A stretch of DNA of 64,000 bases from NCBI GenBank assembly GCA_012295275.1, contig CM022667.1, positions 15,810,001 to 15,874,000 of the forward strand. Reading direction: 5' to 3'. Of this stretch, positions 50,244-62,756 are shown piece by piece. The notes under the pieces were generated by a model. That model saw only the letters and a program-made list of their open reading frames with translations. It was not told the DNA's origin and did no database searches. This stretch comes from Chrysomallon squamiferum. Lineage: Eukaryota > Animalia > Mollusca. Every line of letters begins with the position of its first letter. The stretch's first letter is position 1. Both the position numbers and the translations under genes were made by a program.

Positions 50244-52335
50244 ATGGACATTCCGATGGACGAGAAAACGTCGGACGACATGCTGGACACAGTGACCATT
50301 AAACGTCGAGTGTACACTCAAAACAAACTGGACAGAACCTATCACAAGGCGCCGACTCCGATGTCGTTAAAAGATCGCTTTAGAAAGAAATGTCAGTGTT
50401 CCAAAAGTAGCATCCTCCGCGGTTTCATTTCTTTGTTGCCAGTCTTGATGGTCATCAAGCGTTATAACTGGAGACAAAATTTACTTGGCGACTTCATGGC
50501 CGGTTTGTCTGTATCTTTCATGCATTTTCCTCAAGGCATAGGCTTCGGAATCCTGGCATCACTCAGAGCTGTGCACGGTTTATACAGCACCTTCTTCGCG
50601 ATCGTTTTCTACGCCATATTTGGAACCAGTCAACACGTCTCTTTTTGGGACCAATGCAGTTATTGCTCTTCTTACAGCTACCATAGTTGACAGAGAATCT
50701 GATTTAAAGTTCGGCGGTTACGGTAATTCTTCCAATGTAACAGAATCTGGTGAAGATATCGAGAACACGATACTGCAGTATAAAGTAGGAGTAGCAATGG
50801 CTGCAACGTTTCTGACGGGACTATTTCTACTGGCAATGGGTGTGTTCAGACTCGGGTTCATCACAAACTATCTTGCCGTATCCTTTGTCGGCGGATTCAC
50901 TACAGCAGCATCGTTTCACATAACAACCAGTCAAGTCAGCAAGCTGTTTGGATTAAGTATAAAAAGTAAACCAGGAGCTGGCAAAATCGTTTTAATGTAC
51001 GTGGACATATTTACCAACATCGCAGACACAAAACATAGCCGATTTCGTGATAGGAATGATCAGCATTGCCATTTTGCTGGGGGTCAAGGTCGGTATCAAC
51101 GAACGCTACGGAAAGAAACTGAAAATGCCTATTCCTATTGATTTGATAATTGTCATAATTGCGACGATAATTTCCCACTTTGCAGAATTCAACAGAAGAT
51201 TTGGGATGCACGTTGTTGGATTTATTCCTTCAGGAATGCCCGAGCCAAGTCTCCCAGATTTAACGGTGACGACCAGAATCGCTCAGGACAGTTTCATCAT
51301 TGCTATTCTGGTATTTGCGATGACGATCTCCATGGCGAAGCTCTGTGCAGCTCTACACGACTACGAAGTGGACAGCAATCAGGAATTAGTGGCATACGGA
51401 GCGACAAACATCCTGTCTTCATTCTTTCAGTGCTTTCCTACCTGTGTCGCTCCACCGAGGTCGATGATTCTCAGCTCTCTGGGATCTAAAACCACTCTGA
51501 ATGCTGTACCGGCAGCCATTTTTATCCTGGTTGTTTTACTGGTCGCTGGACCGCTGTTTGTATCACTACCTATCGCCGTTCTTGCTGCGATGATTATGGT
51601 GGCGATGAAGAATTTACTTCTGCAGGTAAAACAGCTTCCAGTTCTTTGGAAGATCAGCAAGGCAGACTTCATCATTTGGCTGACGACGGCGCTTGTATCC
51701 ATCCTAGTAGATCTGGATATCGGACTTATTGCTGGAATTGGTGTCTCCATCTTTTCAATCATCGTCCAGAGCCAGTTTTCGACTGGTCAGCTTGTTGGCA
51801 TCTCGGAAAAAGAGGACGTATATCTGGACGTAAAATATCATAAAGATATAAAAGAACTTAAAGGAATTAAGATATTTTATTTCAGCACAACACTTTTCTT
51901 CGCCAGCGCTGAACGATTCAAGTCCCAGCTTTTGAGAAGACATTTCATCCTTTAAAATACGAAATCATTCCAAAAGGTGTTGCAATACAAGCTGATGGTA
52001 TAAAAGATACAAATTCCCTCGAAGACGCCGAGGAAGAAAAACATAATAAAATAGAAATTGAAAGTGAAACTGAAAATCCAATTCATCACATTATCATTGA
52101 TTGTTCGGCTATGACTTACATTGACATGGCTGGCGTAAATGTTCTTAAACTGGTAGTCACACAATTCAAGCGAGTGGGAACAGAAATATTTTTAGCAAAC
52201 TGTTGTCGCTATATGCTCTCGGTGTTGGAGAAATCACAGATATACGACATTCTGCCTAAGAGCCACGTTTTTTACGATGTTCATGATGCTGTAACCGAGG
52301 CATGCATGGGTCAGAAAATTACTTTAAATCTGTAG
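50244..52335 (+). pseudogene. SLC26/SulP-family anion transporter copy 3; full length but frameshifted as assembled (either a young pseudogene or an intact gene with sequencing errors)
   Basis: 2092 bp vs 2091. +1 T at 50642-50646, +1 A at 51030-51033, -1 T at 51930-51933, all in homopolymers. No nonsense substitutions seen. Confidence 0.8.
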
Positions 52336-53250
52336 TAATATGATGTCCTATTTTTATGCACATTCCAGCTGAAAGAAAATGACGGGACATTTAGTGCATG
52401 GAGGATTATGTGTATTTGTGTATTGTTTGTGTATTAATTGTGCTTTTGTATGTGAGTGTGCACGCACGCTCACGCACGTGAACTTGTCTGTCCATCTTTT
52501 TATACTGAGAAGGCGTAAAAACAATTTTGATATATTATTATTATTATTATTATTATTATATAGATTTACAATCCCTTATCTGAACGATTTCGAACTGTAA
52601 ATATTTTGGAAAGCAAAGAGACAGTCTGAGATTAGGATCTAAGTCTAAAAACGATTTCCATTTATATTTCTTTTACAGCATATATAATCCGAAAACTATC
52701 ACTACTTCTACTGTTTGGAACAAGTTTTCCTTCTAAATTTCGGAAAAGTGGTCCTGAACCTTAATAATAGTAATAATAATAATAATAATAGTAATAGTAA
52801 TAATAATAATAACAACAACAATAATAATAAAAGTTTGAAATCAATATATTTGCTTATTATTATTATTATTATAACTGGATGATGTTATGCAAGCAAAATG
52901 CATGAGGTATAAAAATATTTAGCTTTACTGTACTGAAATAAAAGTTATTAAATTTCTGTGATACAGTGTCTATAATTATCATATTATTTTAACTACATGA
53001 AGTTAACAATTATTTTTAAATAAAAGTAAAACTTTAGTCATAAAATCAAGCTGTTACTCGATTTCTGTCAAAAAATAGTGTCGATATAGGCCACTATTAC
53101 CGTTGTTTAATTTTTTGTTAGACCTTTCAAGAGTTATCTTTCTTTAATTAGCGTCTACTGGAAATGTAACAGGTTAATGATTTAAATATCTATTATGACT
53201 GAGTCTCCCCTCCCCGTTAAAAGACAATATATTAAATAATTATAATAAAA

Positions 53251-53282
<32 letters not shown>

Positions 53283-54046
53283 AATAATAACAATAATAAT
53301 ACTATAAATACTACTACTACTACAACTACTACTACTACTATTAATAATAATAATAATAAATTAATAAATAAATAAATAAAAAGAAAAATAGAGAAAAAAT
53401 AAGTATCGTTTAAATAATTTAATAACATCTTATTCTATATTAATTAAAAAATTACATAACTGTTGCCAGAGGCGTAGCATTGGTTGCCAGAGCCCGGGAC
53501 CCGGGAAGTGTACTGCGCGCTCTGATCTGTGAAAGTTAGTCATTCCCCGAGCCCCTCCCACTAGTCGAGTAGTGAAACCCGCCGCTTTCCCTCCATTACA
53601 AAACACCACATTTTCTGTAATCTTTAATAATCCACGTTTTCTGTTCTTCGTTAATTACTTTTAAATCTTTTTGTTTTATTTTCTAAAACTTGCTTATTCT
53701 TTGTTGTTTCAGGTTGCAATTTTTTTTAAAAATACACTCATTTTTTTCTTCATCTTTTTTTCCTGCTTGAACCCGATATTTTTCTTTACTGCTAATCCTG
53801 TCATTAATGAATCAACAGTGTAAAACCCAAAAGTAACTAATTCATATTTCAGGTTGTCACGTTACGGTGTACACATAAGATATCTAGTAATCATTAATAT
53901 TATACACACGCGCACACAAGCGCACACTGTCACACACACACTACCTATAGACCACAATATGGTATTTAATTAATATCATTTCTGGCATAACTTAATTTTA
54001 TTATCGAAATGTGGTAGCTGGTTTTGTCTGTAGTATGATAATGCGT

Positions 54047-56065
54047 GGCGTATTTCACAGTATTTGGATACAGAAGAAATTAGTGTTATACATGTATGAA
54101 GGTTCAGTATTATTATTATCTTCATATTTAAATAGCAGTTATCGTTGACGTCAACACGACATGAATTACTGCAGGATTGTTTTGTCTTTCTTTTTAATAA
54201 ATAAAAAAAAATCTATAAATAAATAAAAACGGAAAATAATTAATGAGAATATAAGTAAATAAATAAATAAGTAAACAAATAAACAAACCAATTTATAACT
54301 AATGTATTAAGGTTCAGTATGGTTATTATCATGTTTAAATAATAGTATTGTTGATGGACTAAATACAGTTTTGTTAAGACAGATGGTTTTTTTTTACATC
54401 TTGCCATTACTCGTATTTGTTTGCCGTCAACATCACGTGAATTACTGCAGACTTGTTGCATCATTCATTCTGTCAACTGTTGTATTTCTAATAATAAACA
54501 AATCTACAAAAAAAAAAAACGAAAAAACCAAACATATATGCGAAAGTAAATAGATACATAAAATAAGTAAACAAACAAGTAAATAAATAAATAGATAGAT
54601 AAATAAACAACCATTTTGTAACTGATACAGAGAAATGATTATGCTTCTTTTTCTTTTGTTTGACATTATGTATGCATGTCTTTGTTCTATTCTCGTTCAC
54701 TAAGACGCTCAGAAAGATTGCATTTTTAAAATTTTATTAATATGTTTTATATTTTATTAATTGTCAGAAGTATTTGAGACAACAACAACAACAACAACAA
54801 AAACTAACAATAATAACGTATATTTGATAGTATTTTTTATCCCGGTAGGAATAAGTACAACTAATACATTTTGAAAAACCAAACACACTATAATAATAAT
54901 ATACATAGAAAATACAAATAAAAAAAATAAAAACTAATATGCAGAATATACATTTAATATATGGATTCAAGGATAAGGGCATAGATATCTAGCCCTTTAT
55001 CCTAAAATCCAGGATAATTTGTGTTTATTACTAACTTAAATAAAGCTTGTGTAGATCTGAATTCCTTTCAAATAAATGACTGATTCTTTTTCCTCTTATT
55101 CAAGTATATAGAGCAGAAAGCACTAACATAGAAATGGGGACGAAGGCGTTAACATAAGTACGTGACATACTATAAGAAAAATAATTTTATGGGAAAAAAA
55201 TTAACTTAGTTCAGGCTCCTTTTCAACGAGACCCTTAATAAAACAGTAATCTCTATTGTCAACCGTTTTTTAACTTTCACATATTCTTTAAACCATAAAC
55301 TTGTTTTCAAAGTATTAACGAATTCAAAGCATTTGTTATAACTGAAAATAATAGTTGTAAATTTTGCTCTGTGACTGCAACACAAATGTAAATCGTTATA
55401 AATTCTTTAAATCATAAAATGACACTTCGGACCAAAAGAATAGCATAACTTTTAGAATGAGTTAGAACGGTAGAATAATAGAAATGTCGCTTAATGAGAA
55501 AAAAACCGTAATGGGTTTTTTAAGTTATGCTTATATTAATGGGTTTCTATGTTTTGTTCCATTTGATTTACCTTTATAGACTGCACATTTTTATTTTTAT
55601 TTTTATTTTTTTTATTTATATTATTCTGTTTTAATTGATTATTTTAAAATTTATTTTATTTATTTATTCATTTATTTATTTATTTATTTATTTATTTATT
55701 CTTCTCTTGAAGCGTTTTGTATTCAGCGAACAACAAGAGCAAACACTGCTTTTATTCTTAACTGGAAAATAAGAAATCAAACAGAAAACGATTAACAACA
55801 AGAACAAAAAAAACACACAAAAACTAAGCACATCTATTATACATTACAGATCACTCAGACGGATAACCGCAGCAATGCGCTCTTCACGTGATTTGCCGAG
55901 TCCTGCAACCTTGGCCGTATCAGATTTATTAAACTTATTTATAGACCACGTGGGCAATTGACATACATTCTTCACGTTTTAGCTTGAAATATAAACCATA
56001 CTGATCCTTTTTCTTAAAATGAAAGATTCACGAAAAATTAGTTCATTGTTTTTCTGCTCTGTTTT
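54047..56065. repeat. Nested degenerate direct repeats, unit 3 (truncated by gap)
   Basis: Colinear with 30959-32975. Confidence 0.85.
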
Positions 56066-56265
56066 NNNNNNNNNNNNNNNNNNNNNNNNNNNNNNNNNNN
56101 NNNNNNNNNNNNNNNNNNNNNNNNNNNNNNNNNNNNNNNNNNNNNNNNNNNNNNNNNNNNNNNNNNNNNNNNNNNNNNNNNNNNNNNNNNNNNNNNNNNN
56201 NNNNNNNNNNNNNNNNNNNNNNNNNNNNNNNNNNNNNNNNNNNNNNNNNNNNNNNNNNNNNNNNN
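56066..56265. other. Assembly gap (200 N)
   Basis: N run. By comparison with unit 2 roughly 6 kb is missing, including the left inverted arm. Confidence 0.99.
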
Positions 56266-56885
56266 GTTTTGCTTCTTCTAATTTCTTCTAATTTCTGTTT
56301 TTTCTTCTATTTCTTTTTCTTCTTTTTTCTCTTCATTCTTTAATTCTGTTTTGCTTCTTCTAATTTCTTTTCTTCTATTTTTCTCTTCATTCTTTAATTC
56401 TGTTTTTTCTTCTAATTTCTTTTCTTCTATTTTCTCTTCATTCTTTAATTCTGTTTTGCTTCTTCTAATTTCTTTTTTTCTATTTTTCTCTTCATTCTTT
56501 AATTCTGTTTTGCTTCTTCTAATTTCTTTTTTCTTCATTTTTTTCTCTTCATTCTTTAATTCTGTTTGCTTCTTCTAATTTCTTTTTTTTCTATTTTTTC
56601 TCTTCATTCTTTAATTCTGTTTTGCTTCTTCTAATTTCTTTTTCTTCTATTTTTTCTCTTCATTCTTTAATTCTGTTTTGCTTCTTCTAATTTCTTTTTC
56701 TTCTATTTTTTCTCTTCATTCTTTAATTCTGTTTTGCTTCTTCTAATTTCTTTTTCTTCTATTTTTTCTCTTCATTCTTTAATTCTGTTTTGCTTCTTCT
56801 AATTTTTTTTTTCTATTTTTTCTCTTCATTCTTTAATTCTGTTTTCTTCTTCTAATTTCTTTTTCTTCTATTTTTTCTTCATCAT
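56266..56885. repeat. ~56-bp pyrimidine-rich minisatellite (about 10-11 copies visible)
   Basis: Unit ~TTTTCTCTTCATTCTTTAATTCTGTTTTGCTTCTTCTAATTTCTTTTTCTTCTATT repeated in tandem. Confidence 0.93.
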
Positions 56886-57175
56886 TCTTTTCTTTCTTCA
56901 GAGTCTTTTCCCTCTGTTTATTGTTCTTTTTCTTTCACTTCATTTTCTTCTTTAAAGTGTATTAATTATACATTACAGAAACAGTCACGCATACCTACAC
57001 GCGCGCGCGCACACACACGCACACACACCACAGTGTATTGCATATTTTTATGACACCACCTTGCCCATAATATTTACCTTCACTTACTTAAGTAGATAAA
57101 TACGTATTTCGTTATACTGAATAACAGAAAGACTGACAATTTTCACGAATAGACACACACATGCACGCACAGATT

Positions 57176-57218
<43 letters not shown>

Positions 57219-59331
57219 GTAATTTCTCAACATATTGCCTGAAATGAAATCATTTATTTTGCCTGTACAACAACAACAAAAAAAGACAACAAAAAAACAC
57301 ACAAAAACAAACAAAAGCCGAACTGTAAGAACGCTCGCACCTGAGCGATATTATTAAGAAGGCTTAAAAGTAAATAAATAAATAAATAAATAAACAGACG
57401 CTTGTAGACTACTGATATATGTTGGACCCGACCGTTTAGGCCAGCGAAATCGAGTTCGACAGATGACATCTTCAACTCTAGCAATAGAACACACGTAAAT
57501 AGACCGTTAATATAACTGGGCCAGACTTTTGTGGGAATTTCACTGTTACCACTTTTTGGTGATGGAAGTTATGTTAAGTTAGATCGTGAATCGGTGATTA
57601 AGCATGCATGTATATATGTTTGTATGTTCTGATGTGTTTCTGTGTGTATATATATGTATGTATATGGTTGTATGCTTATATGTATGTATGTATCTATGTA
57701 TGTATTTATGTATGTATGTATGTATGTATGTATGTATAAATGTGTTAATGCATGGATGAATAATAGATGGATGTAAATAATGAATAATATTATAAATAAT
57801 TCTGTGTGAGTGTGTGTGTGTTTGTGTGTGTGTGTGTGTATGTTCTGGGAGGGCTAGGTTGTAACATGGATTATAATGGGAAACATTTATTATTATTATT
57901 ATTATTATTATTAGACGCGATGATGACATATTATTTCAGTTGAAATTAGTTGTGTCATGATCTGGTGAATGGCGTAATAACGTGAGAGTGACAAATATAG
58001 TGACAGAAAGGTGAACGACATTACACCGGTATATTCTGATACATTTGTGTCTGTCTTCTTGTATGTCCGTACGTGCGTTTTACTTAAGCATATAAGATGA
58101 CTGTAACAAAGATTTTAACGAGCCAATTGGAAATTTCCATATATGAACTTTCAAACTGGATTTTTACTGGGAGAATCCAATGGCCTACTTTTATTTTTCA
58201 ATCAGGGCGTCTCACAGTCTTTTCACGTGATCACATAGGTAAATAATAATACCCAAACAATCTAAAAAAAAAAAACAACAACAAAAAAAAACATTGTTCA
58301 TCAAATAAAAAAAAAAAAAAAGGTGGAATCTGTCTCCTAGTGGCAACAAGAAATGAATTTGTGATGAGAGTGTAAAGAATTTAAGAAGAAGAAAAAAATC
58401 TGTAGTCTTACAGTTGACAATGTCTGTTGTATAGGTGTCAGTTGTTCGTTCGTGTGTATGTTTGTGCTGGAACTTTAGATAGTACTGATGGCAAATAAGA
58501 GTTCTTGTTTAACGATGTGAAATTTGCTGTATCATAATATTATAGACAAAGGAAAAAAAAAATACATAGCTTAGTAATAATGATGACGACGATAACGAAT
58601 ACCTTAATTTTCTTGATGAAATCAGATGTGACTGTTCAGTGATTTGGTGCTTTATTTGTAATTATAACTGCAAGCAAGATTCATAAAATATATCACATTG
58701 TTGTATTGACTAAATATTCATATAATTAAGCAATAACGTACGTTAAATACCACTGTATGTTAGTAACCTCAACATTTGGCGAATTTTTATTAGCTTCATA
58801 TTCTAACAGTACAAGAGATATTGCATGTCTTCTTTAAAGAACATGTTGTTGTACGAGTGAATGATCTTATTAAATTATTTCTTTTTTCGAGTTATTATTT
58901 TATTGTTGTGCGGGAGCTGTCATGGCTCATAACAAAGTATAACAACAACATAATACTTTTACAATACATTTCAACGCCGCATTTTATTCCTCATCAATTA
59001 GAGTTGTGACGTCAGCATGTATCAGTCGGTCTGTCAGCATGGGTCTTGTTTCTTTTTTCTTTTTTTCTGACATCACGTCAGATAATGACGTCACGAACGC
59101 AGCATTATTTTAAGACTACTCATTGGTGGGCATACTTCATTATTAATAAAGACCACACGTCAAATCAAATAAAGCCGTTCTTGGATGTATTCACAGTATT
59201 CGTTTCAATAAAAACAGATTTTAAATAAAAACATTTTTATTTTCCTTTTTATTATTATTATTTTTTTTTTCACATTCTTTTAATAAGTGGTTCTATATGA
59301 ATATGTCTTAAATGATATTTGAATTTCTATA

Positions 59332-60502
59332 AGAAGAAAAAGAAGGAGAAGAAAAAGAAATTATAAGAAGCAAAACAAAATTAAAGAACGCAAAGAAATA
59401 ATAAAAGTGGAAGTAAAAAGGAGAAAAGAAGAAACGAAAAACCAAATATATGTATAATTTATGTTTTTAGTAAAATTATAATTATCTGTATTACAATTTG
59501 AAAACTGTATTGCTTAGACCATTGTTAATATTATTGGCTGTAGGAAATAATTTAGTAAGTAGCAACCCATCAGTTGGTTAACTGTCAGCAAAGTTCTTAA
59601 CTGGACTTTGTGACATATCACAGTCATCCCTCTTGGATGTAATATACACATCAATGTGAATATCTGTCTAGACCAGGTCTGCGTAGCTCCTCTGATGTCA
59701 AAAATGATGAGAAAAAAATACAAATGTTAATACAGCTTCTGGTAGAAAAAGAAATTTATAAATTTTGACGGGTAACGTGGTGTGATATCATTTTCACTTC
59801 ATCACGTTAGAACTGGTAGATAGAAAATTCAGTCTTCAAATCGCAGTGCCGTCCTAAAACATAGCAATCAAAAAAGAAAAAACCCAAACGATTCTTGGTT
59901 CAAATGTTTCATTCCAGTGCTACCAGTTTTATTTAAAGAGATAAACACATTTATAAAAATTATATTTGTATTTTGACAACCTGTTCAGTGCATGAACCAA
60001 CATTTCCCAGTTCTTGTATGTCATACACAGACACACACACAGACACACGGACTCAAATAGCTACACATTAACAAACAGCAAAAATAGAATTAGAAAATAA
60101 TGGTAGTACAAGAGAGACAGACAAATAGATGTACAGACAGAGAAACAAATATAGAAACACTTTGACAAGGAGACAGAAACACACACATGTAATTACTGAT
60201 ACATATAAATTGATAAATATAGAAAAATGGACAGACAGAGAGAAACAGATAGAAAGATAGACTGAGGAACTGATACAGAGTCTTTACTGGATTAATCTAG
60301 GACAATGGATGAAGAGACAGGCAGACAGATGTACATACAGTACAGACAAACAGTTAAAAAAAATCTGGAGATAAAGAGATATTGTAAACATTCCTCTACA
60401 CATCTCCGTACTCTAGCCTACTTCACGCTCGTTGATAATCTGGTAGAGGTTTATAGCTATCATAATACACTGAAACGTAATAACGTGGATTACATAAAGA
60501 AT

Positions 60503-60549
<47 letters not shown>

Positions 60550-61596
60550 CTCTCTCGCTCTCTCTCTTTCTGTATCTGCCTCATACACACTTATACGCTC
60601 ACTCGCACACTTATACGCTCACTCGCACACTTATACGCTCACTCGCACACTTATACGCACACTCACACACATAAAAAAAAAACATACAATGTCTCTCTCC
60701 CGTTCAATTGCAAACGTAGTTCCGAAAATACACATAAACATACATAGAAAAAAATTCATACATTTATAAATGAATGTAAATGCTCGCTGTTAATCACTCA
60801 GAAATGGAGACATCTAACTGGAATACAAATATTAACATTACTCTAAACAAATCACTTCTATGATGATATGAAAAAGAACAACAGTCTTAAAATAAAAGAT
60901 GTGCAATACTTACTTTCATGTACCAATCTAAATTATTGACCGTACAGAAACATGAATTAAAACGATATACAAATTTAATTTTTTAAGTGCCCTAATTTCA
61001 ATTCAGATCTCATATATATTTAAACAACAAAAAATATTTAGCTTAAATTATGATCCTTTCTGAATTCAGTTTAGATATTTATTTTTTTAATTAAATTATT
61101 TAAAAAATCTAAAAGCATAAAAATATATCAGTTTTATTTAACGGTGGACATGGATCTAAATTACAATGCAATATTCAGTTAAATCAGACCTATCTGTTAG
61201 TTTAAATCACAGCTTACGATAAACTTAGATGTAAATCTACGGCGCGTAGGTAGTTATTTATTTCTGGGAACTGGAAAGATAGGGTGTGGTAAAACTGATT
61301 AAAATAATAATAATAATAATACATAATAATACATAATACGGTCACAGCGATTCAAAAAAGGGGAAAAAAATTAAAATTAAAAAAAGAAAAGAAAAAAAGA
61401 ATAAATAAATAAGTAGGGACTTTGGATTTTGTTCAAATTAACATTTTAAAACTGACACTTTCTGCAACATCATCTCTCTCTTCCTCTTTTTTTTTTCTGG
61501 AAACATTCGTGACATAAAACCAAATATGGGTATAAATTGTCATCTGACTTTGCTTGTAATCATTCGATGTACATTCTATCTCGAGAAAACGTGATT
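59332..61596 (+). repeat. Large inverted repeat right-arm sequence, unit 3
   Basis: Direct match to 42070-44123 with fewer deletions; reverse complement of 37023-39350 and of 16558-17850. Confidence 0.88.
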
Positions 61597-62583
61597 TTCA
61601 GAAGCGCTCAAGCGAAATATTGTTTAGTGCAGATAATCATTATACTAAAACAAAATTCTGGCTAAACTTTACAGAAATTAGTATCAAAGTGTACAGAAAA
61701 AAACATCTGCTGTTAAATTGACTTAGTCTGAAGGTATGATAACAATTTTTTAGTTGTATTTTGTTTTTTGAAATTCTAATTTATAACTGATTACTTTTCC
61801 TTTATTTTAACAGGCAACAAAATTATTTTTTCAAAACTTTCTGTTTATAATTATAATTGTTTCTTTAATTATCAAAAATATTTTTAAAATTTTTCTAATC
61901 ATTTCTTACTCGTATAATACTATGCGTATTATATATTATCTGCTTTATAACTAAAAAACATTTCTACTAAGTTTTATAGATTTTTTAAATCTTTCTTCTC
62001 TTTACGTGTTTTTGCACTATTTATGTCTTAGACTCTTAATTTCTGTTGTTCATATTTTCAATAGAACGTTCATTCATTATTAATTATTAATGATATAATG
62101 CTGTTTAGGAAGTGAAAAAAAAAAATTACGAAGGGTTTGCACTCCAAATTAATTTAAAAATTTTGTTTTAAATTCTTTTTTAATTTTTCGTAAAAGATTA
62201 TTTTTCTCATTTTTATTTCAGAAATTTATAAATTTGTCAGCGAGAAGGTTCTGCAGAAACCGTAAGTATGAAATAATTACAACAGTTATACAATATAATC
62301 AGCGGGCAGTAACACACATGTATCAACAACTAAAACTCACTGCTGCAGGGGTTTTATCTGTATGGCAAAACATTATTTGTGCGTGGATTATATTAATTCT
62401 TAAAGATTTTCCTTATTTACTCACTTATTTATTTATTTAATACTTTAATTATTAAATTATTTATTATAATTTCAAAAAGAATACCATGAACAAAAGCCAT
62501 GAACTTTAATTTTCTACAGTATTTTCTCGTATTAATTTATTACTTTAATTTTTTACAGTATTTTCTCGTATTTATTTTTTGAA

Positions 62584-62637
<54 letters not shown>

Positions 62638-62724
62638 TTGTTTTGTTGTTGTTGTTTTACCGCTGCGACGAGAGAGAGAGGCAAAAATTATTTGTGCCGT
62701 GTATTACATTCGTTTTTAAATCTT

Positions 62725-62756
<32 letters not shown>

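Noticed and set aside
50642-51933. Programmed frameshifting or editing to restore copy 3
   Set aside because: Three independent shifts in short homopolymers without stimulatory structure; sequencing error or decay is simpler.
56278-56578. Repetitive KEIRRSKTELKNEE ORFs
   Set aside because: Translation of the 56-bp minisatellite; unit length varies and does not preserve frame.
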